A stretch of 50,801 bases of DNA, taken from positions 1-50,801 of the forward strand of contig JBQTJP010000067.1 of NCBI GenBank assembly GCA_052386995.1, read 5' to 3'. The position numbers and the translations under genes were made by a program. This document shows, piece by piece, positions 30,016 to 39,201 of the stretch. This stretch comes from Armatimonadota bacterium (lineage in GTDB: Bacteria; Sysuimicrobiota; Sysuimicrobiia; Sysuimicrobiales; Humicultoraceae). The notes under the pieces were generated by a model. The model ran no database searches. It was not told where the DNA came from and saw only the letters and a program-made list of their open reading frames with translations. How positions within the stretch are numbered: position 1 is the first letter of the stretch; every line of letters starts with the position of its first letter.

Positions 30016-30032
30016 CACTCTATAATTGTCTC

Positions 30033-30629
30033 GTGAAGCGTCTGGGCATTGTGGCGCTCGCCTTCGTGGGCCTCGTTGCGACGCTGGCCCTGACATATGG
30101 CTCGCTGCTGGACGCGGCCGGGCGGTTTCTCATTGTCCGGGATCGGCTGGAGCCAGCCGACGCCATCATCGTGCTGTCCGGTGCGCGGCGCGATGAGCGT
30201 GTTCGTCAGGCTGCCGAGCTCTACCGCGCCGGATACGCGGCGCTGGTGATCCTCTCCGGCGGCGAAGAAATGGAGGGTATTTCGATCCCCGAGCTCCAGC
30301 GGCGGCAGGCCCTGGCCCATGGCATCCCGGCTTCCGCACTTCTGCTCGAGAGCAACTCGACGAGCACGGCCGAGCAGGCGGAAATGCTTCGCCCGATCCT
30401 TGAAGGGCGCAGGGCCCGGCGGGCATTGGTCGTCACATCCTCGTTTCACACCCGGCGCACGCGGTATCTCTTTACGAAAGTCTTTAGAGGATCACCCGTG
30501 GAGATTCGAGTCTATCCCGTGCAGCAAGACTTCTACAGTCCCGTCCAGTGGTGGACGCGTGAACGGGATACCGAGATCGTCGTCCTGGAGTACATCAAGC
30601 TGGGTCTGGCGGTCTTGCGGCGCTGGTAG
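30033..30629 (+). CDS. YdcF/DUF218 family protein
   Basis: ADAIIVLSG, ILSGG, E..STST.E, VVTSSFHTRR, EYIK. Confidence 0.88.
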   Translation: MKRLGIVALAFVGLVATLALTYGSLLDAAGRFLIVRDRLEPADAIIVLSGARRDERVRQAAELYRAGYAALVILSGGEEMEGISIPELQRRQALAHGIPASALLLESNSTSTAEQAEMLRPILEGRRARRALVVTSSFHTRRTRYLFTKVFRGSPVEIRVYPVQQDFYSPVQWWTRERDTEIVVLEYIKLGLAVLRRW

Positions 30630-30633
30630 ACGG

Positions 30634-31362
30634 TTAGCGGATCAGCAGCGTCCGTAGACGCGTGAGGGCGGAGGAGAGGACGCGGGACACCTGCTTCTGC
30701 GACACCCCGATGCTTCTGGCGGTCTCAGGCTGACTGCGATCGCGGAAGAACAGATGGTACAGCACCTCCCGCTGTCGCGCAGTGAGTTTCTCGATGGCTT
30801 CATAGAGGACGATTTTATCCTCGATCGGCAGCTGGAACGACACGTACTCTTTGTGCCGGATGAGATCGCGCCGGATCTCGGGATCGTCTTCCTCATCGGG
30901 GGCGTCCAACGGTACCGTGCGCACAGCCTCGCGAGTGCTCAGGATCTCGAGCAGGCCTTCCTCGGTGACGTTCAACTCTGTCGCGAGCTGCTCCAGGCTG
31001 GGGAACCGTCCGTGCTGGCTGACGTAGCGTCCCACCGCTTGCTCGATCTGTTGATTCGTTTTCTGCAGCCAGCGGGGCCGGCGAATCGTATCACGGCTGT
31101 CGCGGAGATAGTGACGCATGCGCCCGCGGATCTGCGGGACGGCGTATGTCTTGAACTTGAAGCCGCGGGTGATGTCGAACCCTTCGATTGCGGCCAGCAG
31201 GCCCAGATAGCCGACCTGGATCAGGTCCTCTTGCGGCACTCCCTGCGTGAGGAACTCGGAGGCGACGCCCCGGATGAGCGAGGTACAGGCGACCGCGATC
31301 TCCTCGCGCAATGCGGCGTCCTTGGTCTTCGCGTAACGTTCGGCCAGTCCGTTGAGATCCAT
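30634..31362 (-). CDS. Group 3 sigma factor (SigB/SigF/SigG family)
   Basis: EDLIQVGYLGLL.AIEGFD..RGFKFKTYAVP.I.G, region 4 SQKQVSR. Confidence 0.9.
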   Translation of the reverse strand: MDLNGLAERYAKTKDAALREEIAVACTSLIRGVASEFLTQGVPQEDLIQVGYLGLLAAIEGFDITRGFKFKTYAVPQIRGRMRHYLRDSRDTIRRPRWLQKTNQQIEQAVGRYVSQHGRFPSLEQLATELNVTEEGLLEILSTREAVRTVPLDAPDEEDDPEIRRDLIRHKEYVSFQLPIEDKIVLYEAIEKLTARQREVLYHLFFRDRSQPETARSIGVSQKQVSRVLSSALTRLRTLLIR

Positions 31363-31454
31363 AGTGGGACGGAGTGATCCCCGTCCCGGTGCATGCCCGA
31401 AGGCGTTTCCTGGTAGACATGGACGGCAGTAGAATAGGGCCGGGAGGGCTCATC

Positions 31455-31964
31455 ATGCGTGTGCTTGGAGCGGTGATCGTGGGTGTCGCGATGCTGGCAG
31501 GCGTTTCGGGAGCGCAGGGTCCGGCGTTCATCGACGTTCCGCCCTGGCATTGGTCTTCGGACGCGGTCGAACGGGGAGCCGCCGCAGGGGTCTTCAAGGG
31601 GTATCCGGTCGACGACAGAGAGCGGGCGGCAAATGCGGTGACGCAGGTCTACGAGGCCTTCGCCCACGCGTCGCATCCCCGGGCCAGGGAATGGGCCGAA
31701 CGATTCCTGGTGAATCTGCCGGCCAACTGGGCCCAGCCGCTGGAGCGATCGCGGCTGGCGAGTTTCAGCCTCGAGAACGTGCGCGTGGAGATCCGAGGCG
31801 ATCGGGGCAGCGTGACATTCGTTGCGGCGATGACCCAGGCGCCGCCCGGCGGTCGTGCCGCCCTGCGTACCCCGATGCGGGTGGAGCTGCGGAAGGACGG
31901 CGAGGGGGCCTGGCGGGTGAACTATGCCGACCTGGCGGCCGGGCAGCCTCAGATCTTCAAATGA
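31455..31964 (+). CDS. Exported S-layer homology (SLH) domain protein
   Basis: Signal peptide, FIDVPPWHWS.DAV....AGVFKGYP. Confidence 0.75.
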   Translation: MRVLGAVIVGVAMLAGVSGAQGPAFIDVPPWHWSSDAVERGAAAGVFKGYPVDDRERAANAVTQVYEAFAHASHPRAREWAERFLVNLPANWAQPLERSRLASFSLENVRVEIRGDRGSVTFVAAMTQAPPGGRAALRTPMRVELRKDGEGAWRVNYADLAAGQPQIFK

Positions 31965-31998
31965 CTCCAGAGGCGGGTACGACGATGATGTCCACGGG

Positions 31999-32085
31999 TG
32001 GTGCGGAAGGGGGGATTTGAACCCCCACGGCTTTTCGGCCACAGGCTCCTGAGGCCTGCGCGTCTGCCAGTTCCGCCACTTCCGC
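31999..32085 (-). tRNA. tRNA-Leu(CAG)
   Basis: GCGGAAG acceptor stem, anticodon arm CAGGC-CTCAGGA-GCCTG, long variable arm, GTTCAAAT T-loop, encoded CCA. Confidence 0.97.
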
Positions 32086-32172
32086 GCGGAGATCAGCACC
32101 TACGATACGCGGTTGCGGTTTGCCGGTCAATGCCTACAGGATTCATCTCGCCTGCACCAAACTAGAACCGGA

Positions 32173-34494
32173 ATGGATCCCGGCGCGTTCCTCCGCTCAT
32201 TACCCGACCGAGCAGACTATCGAGGGCAGATCGTTCACACACGATTCCTTCCTGCCCGCGGTGCCCGCTTCGGGACGCTGGAGCGTCCGCTCCATTCGCG
32301 GCTCGAGCGGTGGCTGCAGGAACGCGGCATCACGCGCCTCTACACCCACCAGGCTGCCGCGATCGAGGCCGTGCGCCGCGGCGCGCATGTCGCGGTCACA
32401 ACGCCGACCGCGAGCGGCAAGACGCTGTGCTACAATCTCCCGGTGCTCGAGGCGCTGCTCGACGATCCCGAGGCCCGCGCGCTCTACCTTTTTCCGACCA
32501 AGGCGCTGGCGCAGGATCAGCGCGACGCTCTGCGCGCGTTCGAGCTCCCCGACATCCCTGTCGCGACCTATGACGGCGACACGCCGGAGCGAGAGCGCCG
32601 GGCCGCGCGCGAGGGCGCGCGCATTCTGCTGTCCAACCCGGACATGATTCACGTTGGCATCCTGCCGCAGCACTTTCGCTGGAAGCCGTTCCTCTCGCGG
32701 CTGCGCTTCGTCGTCATCGACGAGATGCATGTCTACCGGGGGGTCTTCGGGTCGAACGTGGCAAACGTACTCCGTCGTCTGCGCCGCCTCTGCCGGCTGC
32801 ATGGCGCGGATCCTCGCTTCATCTGCACGTCGGCGACCATCGCCAACCCCGAAGAGTTTGCCACACGGCTTCTCGGCCTGCCGGTGAGGGTGATCGACGA
32901 CGACGGCGCCCCGGCGGGGCCGCGCTGGTTTGCGCTGTGGAATCCGCCGTTGATCGACGAGGCCCGTTCGGTGCGAAGAAGCGCCATCACCGAAGTGACG
33001 GGACTCTTCACCGACCTCATGCGGCGCGAGGTGCGTACGATTGCATTCACCAAGGCCCGCAAGGTCACCGAGCTGATCTCGCGTTACGCGACACGGCGCC
33101 TCGGCGAGAGCGCCCCACACCTGGCCGGCCGGATCAGTCCCTACCGCGCGGGATACCTGCCCGAGGACCGCCGGCGGATCGAGCGTCGGCTGTTCGACGG
33201 GGAGCTCCTCGGTGTCGTGTCGACCAGCGCGCTCGAGCTCGGTATCGACATCGGGGGACTCGACGCCGCGTTGCTGGTAGGATTTCCCGGGACGATTGCG
33301 TCGACGTGGCAGCGGGCCGGCCGCGCGGGACGCGGAACGGATCCCGCGCTGGCCGTGTTGATCGCTCAGCAGGACGCGCTCGATCAATACCTGATGCGCC
33401 ACCCTGACTATCTGTTCGAGCGGCCGTGCGAGCACGCGGTCATCGACCCGGAGAACCCTTACATCCTGGCGCGGCACATGCGCTGCGCGGCCGCGGAGAT
33501 CGCGCTGATCGAGGCCGACATCGACCTGTTCGGCGACCGCTCGCGCGATCTCATCCACCTGCTCGTGGCGGCCGGCGATCTGACCCCGCGTCGCAGCCGC
33601 TGGTACTGGACCGGAGGCGGACGGTATCCCGCCGGCGGCGTGGACATCCGCTCCGCGCGCGGCGAGATCTTCCGGATCGCCGATGGCCGGCGGATTATCG
33701 GCACCGTCGAAGCGGCGCGGGCTTTCGAGCAGGTGCACCCCGGGGCAATCTATCTGCATCAGGGCGAGGCGTATCTGGTGCGTGACCTCGACGTTGAATC
33801 CCGGCTCGCGCACGTGACGCCGACCGCGGAGGAGCACTACACGCAGCCGCGGACTACGATTGACCTCACAATCGGGCCAACGATGGAGACGAAATCCTGG
33901 GGTGCAACCCAGGTGCGGTTCAGCGAAGTCGAGGTGTCGACCCAGGTCGTCGGATACGCGCGCAAGCAGCTCTTTACCGATACCGTGCTCGCCGTCGAGC
34001 CCCTCGACCTCCCGGCCGAGCGGCTCTCAACCGCGGCCCTGTGGTTTGCCATCCCCGAGGGACTGGAGCAGCGCGTGCGCGCCGCGGGGCTGGATTTCGC
34101 CGGCGGCATCCACGCCGTCGAGCACGCCGCCATCGGCGTGCTGCCGCTCTTTGCGATGTGCGACCGACAGGACCTGGGTGGGGTGTCGTATCCGCTTCAC
34201 CCGCAGACCCAGGCCCCCGCGATCTTCATCTACGACGGCTATCCCGGCGGTGTCGGCATTGTGGAGAAGGGCTTCGCGCTGTTTGATGCGCTCACGACCG
34301 CGACCCGGGAGGTCATCGCGGCCTGCCCATGCGAGGGCGGCTGCCCGTCTTGCATTCAGTCGCCGAAGTGCGGAAACCTGAATGAGCCGCTGGACAAGCG
34401 GGCGGCGCTCATGCTGTTGGACGGTCTCGTGGAGCCCGGTGACGATGCGCTCGCTCATCGCGGTAGTCGGCGAGAGCACGATCTCGCACCCTGA
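32173..34494 (+). CDS. DEAH-box helicase with C-terminal 4-Cys DUF1998 domain (MrfA/YprA/SftH-like)
   Basis: TASGKT, PTKAL, DEMH, SAT, ELGIDIG, QRAGRAGR, CPCEGGCPSC. Confidence 0.93.
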   Translation: MDPGAFLRSLPDRADYRGQIVHTRFLPARGARFGTLERPLHSRLERWLQERGITRLYTHQAAAIEAVRRGAHVAVTTPTASGKTLCYNLPVLEALLDDPEARALYLFPTKALAQDQRDALRAFELPDIPVATYDGDTPERERRAAREGARILLSNPDMIHVGILPQHFRWKPFLSRLRFVVIDEMHVYRGVFGSNVANVLRRLRRLCRLHGADPRFICTSATIANPEEFATRLLGLPVRVIDDDGAPAGPRWFALWNPPLIDEARSVRRSAITEVTGLFTDLMRREVRTIAFTKARKVTELISRYATRRLGESAPHLAGRISPYRAGYLPEDRRRIERRLFDGELLGVVSTSALELGIDIGGLDAALLVGFPGTIASTWQRAGRAGRGTDPALAVLIAQQDALDQYLMRHPDYLFERPCEHAVIDPENPYILARHMRCAAAEIALIEADIDLFGDRSRDLIHLLVAAGDLTPRRSRWYWTGGGRYPAGGVDIRSARGEIFRIADGRRIIGTVEAARAFEQVHPGAIYLHQGEAYLVRDLDVESRLAHVTPTAEEHYTQPRTTIDLTIGPTMETKSWGATQVRFSEVEVSTQVVGYARKQLFTDTVLAVEPLDLPAERLSTAALWFAIPEGLEQRVRAAGLDFAGGIHAVEHAAIGVLPLFAMCDRQDLGGVSYPLHPQTQAPAIFIYDGYPGGVGIVEKGFALFDALTTATREVIAACPCEGGCPSCIQSPKCGNLNEPLDKRAALMLLDGLVEPGDDALAHRGSRREHDLAP

Positions 34495-34918
34495 TGCCGC
34501 CGCGCTCGCCGAGGACATCGGCCGGCGGATTGCCGAGGCGGGATTTGGTCTGATCTGCGGCGGACTCGGCGGCGTGATGGAAGCCGCCTGCCGGGGGGCG
34601 AAGCGCGCGGGTGGACTGACCATCGGTCTCCTGCCCGGCGCGGACGTGGCCGGGGCCAATCCCCATCTCGATGTAGCGATTCCTACCGGAGCCGGGCAGA
34701 TGCGCAACGTGATCATCGTGCTCGCGGCGAAAGCCGTCATCGCCATCGGGGGCGGGGCCGGCACGTTGTCCGAGATCGGCCATGCCCTGCGGGCTGGGCG
34801 ACGGGTTGTGGGGCTGCGCACGTGGGAGACGGCCATCGCCGGTCAACCGTCCGGAATGCTCGTCGCAAAGACGGCTGATGAGGCCGTCCGGATGGCGGTC
34901 GGGCGGGAGGGCGAGTGA
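34445..34918 (+). CDS. TIGR00725 / LOG-family protein
   Basis: CGGLGGVMEAACRGA, RN, GGGAGTLSE. Confidence 0.88.
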   Translation: MRSLIAVVGESTISHPDAAALAEDIGRRIAEAGFGLICGGLGGVMEAACRGAKRAGGLTIGLLPGADVAGANPHLDVAIPTGAGQMRNVIIVLAAKAVIAIGGGAGTLSEIGHALRAGRRVVGLRTWETAIAGQPSGMLVAKTADEAVRMAVGREGE

Positions 34919-35754
34919 TGGGCGCCGGCGGCACGCTGTACCTGGTCGCGACCCCCATCGGCAATCTCGAGGACCTCACGCTCCGCGCGATCCGCGTTCT
35001 CAGGGAAGCCAGTCTGATCGCCTGCGAGGACACACGGCGCACGCGCGGGCTGCTGGCGCACCATGACATCCATACTCCGGTCACGAGCCTCCACGAGCAC
35101 AACGAGCGCGCGCGTATCCCGCACCTCCTGAAGATCTTGCAGGAAGGGAAGAGCGTCGCGGTCGTGAGCGATGCGGGTACACCCGCGGTGTCGGATCCGG
35201 GGGCGGCGCTCGTCGCCGCGGCGGCGCGCGGGAACTGCGCGATCGTTGCCGTGCCCGGACCGAGCGCCGTGACGGCAGCGGTCGCGCTCGCGGACTTTCC
35301 AGCCGGCGCGTTTGCCTTTGTCGGTTTTCCCCCACGGCGGAGCAGTGAGCGTCGGCGTTTCCTGTCCGCGCTCGCGGGCCTTCCGATGGCGCTGGTGATG
35401 TTCGAGGCGCCGCATCGAGTGCACGAGACCCTGTCGGACATCGAGGACATTCTTGGCCCGCGCCGTCTGCTGCTGGCACGGGAGCTCACCAAGATGCATG
35501 AGGAAATCCTCCGAGGGACACCCGCCGAGGTGCGCGCGGCTCTCGCGTCTTCACCCAGGGGGGAGGTGACGCTGGTGATCGAGGGTGCACCGGCAGCCGA
35601 GCGAGGCGCGGCGCCCCCAGCGCTGACGCCCGAGGCTTTCGTCAAACGCCTGCGTGCGGAAGGGCTCTCCCGGCGTGACACCGCGAGGGCCCTGGCGGCC
35701 GCCTATCAGATGCGGGCGCGGGACGCGTACCGGCTGACCACCGAGGAGACCTAG
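34918..35754 (+). CDS. rsmI: 16S rRNA (C1402-2'-O)-methyltransferase
   Basis: LYLVATPIGNLEDLTLRA, CEDTR, SDAGTP.VSDPG, RELTKMHEE. Confidence 0.96.
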   Translation: MGAGGTLYLVATPIGNLEDLTLRAIRVLREASLIACEDTRRTRGLLAHHDIHTPVTSLHEHNERARIPHLLKILQEGKSVAVVSDAGTPAVSDPGAALVAAAARGNCAIVAVPGPSAVTAAVALADFPAGAFAFVGFPPRRSSERRRFLSALAGLPMALVMFEAPHRVHETLSDIEDILGPRRLLLARELTKMHEEILRGTPAEVRAALASSPRGEVTLVIEGAPAAERGAAPPALTPEAFVKRLRAEGLSRRDTARALAAAYQMRARDAYRLTTEET

Positions 35755-35755
35755 C

Positions 35756-36037
35756 ATGCCGCTGCTCCCCGAGCCCCAGGACGTGGCAACAGTCTACGAA
35801 GCCACGAGCGAGTTTGAGGCGATGACGATTCGCGACCTGCTGGAATCCGCGGGGGTCAGGACGATGATTCGCTCGCGCCACGTGCCCGGGTACGACGTGG
35901 CAACGATGGTCGGAGATCAGGCGGGCATCTGGGCGGACATCCTTGTGCTGCCCGACCAGGAAGACGAAGCCCGGCGGCTCATCGCCGACTACCTCGCGTC
36001 GCTTCAGGCCACCGGTGAGGAGAGTGAGGCTCCGTGA
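35756..36037 (+). CDS. DUF2007-like small protein
   Basis: [12 protein letters not shown]...ILV...EDEARRLI. Confidence 0.7.
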   Translation: MPLLPEPQDVATVYEATSEFEAMTIRDLLESAGVRTMIRSRHVPGYDVATMVGDQAGIWADILVLPDQEDEARRLIADYLASLQATGEESEAP

Positions 36038-36759
36038 CCCATGCGGACTACCGTCCGGTCCCGCTGGACTTTCGCCGCTTCCCGCGCGGGACGCAGCTCG
36101 AGCGGGCGCGTGACTTCGCCGCCTGGATGCTCCGGCGCCGCACGGTCCGGCACTTCTCGTCAGAGCCCGTGTCGATAGAGATCATCGAGGCCGCGATCGC
36201 GGTGGCATCGAGCGCGCCGTCCGGCGCGAACAGGCAGCCGTGGACGTTCGTGGTCGTGAATGATCCTGCGGTCAAGCGACGTATCCGCGAGGCCGCCGAG
36301 GCGGAGGAGCGGGAGAGTTACGAGCACCGGATGCCCGACGACTGGCTCGAGGCGCTCGCGCCGCTGGGGACCGACTGGCGCAAAGAGTTTCTGGAGATCG
36401 CACCGTACCTGATCGTGGTTTTCCGGCAAGACTACGGTCTGAGCATCGGGGCGGATGGACAGGAGCAGCACACCAAACACTATTACGTGATGGAGTCGGT
36501 CGGCATCGCATGCGGCTTCTTGCTGGCGGCGTTGCATTGGGCCGGGCTGGCCACGCTCACGCACACGCCGAGCCCGATGGCGTTTCTGTCGACGATCCTC
36601 GGGCGGCCGAAGAATGAGAAGCCGTATCTGCTGATCCCTCTCGGCTATCCGGCGGCCGATGCGGTGGTGCCACAGATTACGAAGAAGACGATTGACCAAG
36701 TTCGGGTCGTGATAAACGCTCCGTCATCGATACATGGTATGAACAAACGGGGATTGTGA
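36034..36759 (+). CDS. Nitroreductase superfamily, iodotyrosine deiodinase-like
   Basis: [52 protein letters not shown]. Confidence 0.85.
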   Translation: MTHADYRPVPLDFRRFPRGTQLERARDFAAWMLRRRTVRHFSSEPVSIEIIEAAIAVASSAPSGANRQPWTFVVVNDPAVKRRIREAAEAEERESYEHRMPDDWLEALAPLGTDWRKEFLEIAPYLIVVFRQDYGLSIGADGQEQHTKHYYVMESVGIACGFLLAALHWAGLATLTHTPSPMAFLSTILGRPKNEKPYLLIPLGYPAADAVVPQITKKTIDQVRVVINAPSSIHGMNKRGL

Positions 36760-36797
36760 TAGACGTCCAACGATGTTACAATGAGCAAGTTCAGCGG

Positions 36798-37070
36798 GGC
36801 AATGACGAAGCGGGAGTAAGCGTCTAGATCGTCTGAGCGAGCCGGGCCTGGTGCGAGCCGGCGACGAGAGGACGCCGAACATGGCTTCCGAGCCTTCGGG
36901 CAAACACCGTTGGTCAGTAGCCCGAACGGGTGCTCCCGAGATCGAGCAAGAGTGGCCCCGGATTGTCGTGGGTCACTCGATGAGGCGCTGCGCCGCGAGG
37001 CGCGCGCGCGATCTGGTGGTAACGCGGGGGTAGACCTTCCGTCCGGTAGGCGGGGGGTCTTTTTCGTTTT
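36798..37070 (+). ncRNA. Met-specific T-box riboswitch with intrinsic terminator
   Basis: Stem I with AGTA box and GAAC-ATG specifier (36881-83); antiterminator CTGG-TGGTAAC-GCGGGGG/CTTCCGT-CCGG; terminator AGACCTTCCG..CGGGGGGTCT-TTTTCGTTTT; TG-N-TACAAT promoter at 36774-82. Confidence 0.92.
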
Positions 37071-37115
37071 GCGTGGTTTCGCGCGGAGGATGCGGGTCGC
37101 CATCGAGGAGGGGCT

Positions 37116-38078
37116 ATGCCGTTCGCACATCTGGTAGGCATCTTTCCCAGGTCCGAGAAGGTTGTCGAGCTGACGCGCGCGGTTGAACGCAAGCGCGCCG
37201 GTGCCGACGAGCTCGCCGCGGCCATCGCGGACGACGAGCAGAGCGTCATCGCCATCCAGCGTGAGGCCGGTCTCGACTACATCGTGGACGGCCAGTTCCG
37301 CTGGCAGGACCTGCTCCGGCCGCTGAGCGAGGGCACGCCCGGAATGCACCCGGGAGGCATCGTGCGGTGGTTTGATAACAACTCATTCTACCGGCGGCCG
37401 GTCATTACCGACATGCTCCGGCCAACCGGTCAGGCGGTGCTGTCGGTGCTGAACGTGAAAGCGCTCGCCGGTCTGCGGTGGAAGGCGGTACTGCCGTCGC
37501 CCTTCGCGCTGGCCAGGCTCTCGGAGAACGCGTCCGGCCGCAGCGCCAACCAGATCCTGGACGACGCCTCCGCGGTGATCCGAGCCGAGGCGCAGGCGCT
37601 CGCGGCGGCGGGCTGCACCTATCTCCAGTTCAGCGACCCGGTGCTGGTCACCCGGGCCGCGCCCGCGGACGTGGGGCGCGCGCGGACGGCATTGGAGAAG
37701 GTGACCAACGGCCTTCGGCTGCGCACCGCGCTGCACACCTTCTTCGGGAATGCCGGCCCGATGCTCGGCGAGTTGCTGACGTTCCCGGTGGATGAGATCG
37801 GCGTCGATCTGTATGCCGGCTCGCTGAACGGCACCGGCGAGAGCCTGCACAAGCTGGCGGCCGGCAAGACCCTGTTGGTCGGAGCAATGGACGGGCGCAA
37901 CTCGCTCATCGAGGACACGGCCGCTCTCGTAGAGCAGGCGCGCCGGGTTCGCGACCGGTTGGGCGCCGCCGATGTGGCCCTGGTCCCGAACTGTGATTTG
38001 GAGTTCCTGCCATGGGATGTGGCAACGGCAAAGACGCGGCGGCTCGGCGAAGCGGCCGAAACGCTGCGCCGGGGGTGA
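37116..38078 (+). CDS. Cobalamin-independent methionine synthase, N-terminal-half-like subunit (split MetE)
   Basis: GIFPRS, DGQFRWQD, RWFDNNSFYRRP, DGRNS.IED, NCDLEFLP; lacks the HxC zinc site. Confidence 0.8.
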   Translation: MPFAHLVGIFPRSEKVVELTRAVERKRAGADELAAAIADDEQSVIAIQREAGLDYIVDGQFRWQDLLRPLSEGTPGMHPGGIVRWFDNNSFYRRPVITDMLRPTGQAVLSVLNVKALAGLRWKAVLPSPFALARLSENASGRSANQILDDASAVIRAEAQALAAAGCTYLQFSDPVLVTRAAPADVGRARTALEKVTNGLRLRTALHTFFGNAGPMLGELLTFPVDEIGVDLYAGSLNGTGESLHKLAAGKTLLVGAMDGRNSLIEDTAALVEQARRVRDRLGAADVALVPNCDLEFLPWDVATAKTRRLGEAAETLRRG

Positions 38079-38082
38079 TGTG

Positions 38083-39195
38083 ATGGGAGCGAACGTGTTT
38101 CCGACTCAGGAAATCGGTAGCCTGGCCAAGCCGGCGTGGCTGGTGAAGGCCACGCGCGGGCAGAAGCCCTCAGGGGGAGATCTCCAGGAGCTCGACAGGT
38201 GGGCCGAGCGCCTGGGCATCGACGGCACCGACGAGCTGAAGGCGCTGCTCGCCTCGGATCATCCCGACAAAGAGCGAGTGCGCGATTGGGGTGCGATTTT
38301 CGCCATTCGGCTCCAGGAAGCCGCCGGTCTGGATGTGGTCTACGACGGCGAAGCGCGGCGGGTCGAGATGTATGAGTATCCCGTGCGCCGCGTCGCCGGA
38401 TTCCGGTTCTATGGACACGTGCGGTCGTTTGACAACCGCTACTACCGCAAGGCGGCCGTGGTGGAGCGGGTGCGGCTCGTCGAGCCGTTTCATCTCGATG
38501 AGTTGCGGTTCGTGAAATCCGTCGCGCGGAAGCCGGTGAAGATTCCGATCACCGGCCCCTACACGCTCGCCGACTGGTCGTTCAATGAGTATTACTTGAA
38601 GGCTGTTGATTCGTCGGTGCGCGATCTCAAGGCGAGAACATACGCGGCCAAGCGGGCCTTCACGCTCGATCTCGCGCGGGAGGTCCTGCAGCCGACGCTC
38701 CAGGCGTTGGCCTCGGCGGGCGCCGACTGGATCCAGATCGACGAGCCGGCGGCGGCGACGCATCCGGAAGAGGTGCCGATCCTCGTGGAGGCGTTCAATG
38801 AAGCGGTCGGCGATGTGAAGGCCAAGTTGAGCATTCACATCTGCTACAGCGACTACCGGCTCCTCTACCCCGACCTCCTGAAGGCGCGGGTAGATCATCT
38901 GGCGCTGGAGTTCAAGAACACGGGAGACTTTAATATCGTCCAGCTCTTTCGCGACCAGGGCGATCCGCGTGAGCTGGGCCTGGGGGTGCTGGACGTACAC
39001 TCCGATGTGATCGAGACGCCGGAGGAGGTCAAAGAGAAATTGCTCGGGGCCGCGGCCGTGCTGGGCGCCGATCGGATCTGGGCGAATCCCGACTGCGGGC
39101 TGCGGACCCGAACCTGGGACGTCGCCTTCGCGAAGCTTCAGAATCTGGTCGAAGGCGCGCGGCTCGCGCGGGAGTCGCTGGCAGTCAAGAGGTAA
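38083..39195 (+). CDS. metE: Cobalamin-independent methionine synthase catalytic subunit (core MetE)
   Basis: TQEIGSL, DGE..R, ITGPYT, QIDEPA, HIC, LEF, NPDCGLRT zinc ligands. Confidence 0.88.
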   Translation: MGANVFPTQEIGSLAKPAWLVKATRGQKPSGGDLQELDRWAERLGIDGTDELKALLASDHPDKERVRDWGAIFAIRLQEAAGLDVVYDGEARRVEMYEYPVRRVAGFRFYGHVRSFDNRYYRKAAVVERVRLVEPFHLDELRFVKSVARKPVKIPITGPYTLADWSFNEYYLKAVDSSVRDLKARTYAAKRAFTLDLAREVLQPTLQALASAGADWIQIDEPAAATHPEEVPILVEAFNEAVGDVKAKLSIHICYSDYRLLYPDLLKARVDHLALEFKNTGDFNIVQLFRDQGDPRELGLGVLDVHSDVIETPEEVKEKLLGAAAVLGADRIWANPDCGLRTRTWDVAFAKLQNLVEGARLARESLAVKR

Positions 39196-39201
39196 CCGAC
39201 C

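Noticed and set aside
32200..33837. 545-aa minus-strand ORF (likewise 38170-40062, 25983-27185, 22941-24143, 12579-13883)
   Set aside because: Antisense shadows of well-supported genes in high-GC DNA; no recognisable motifs
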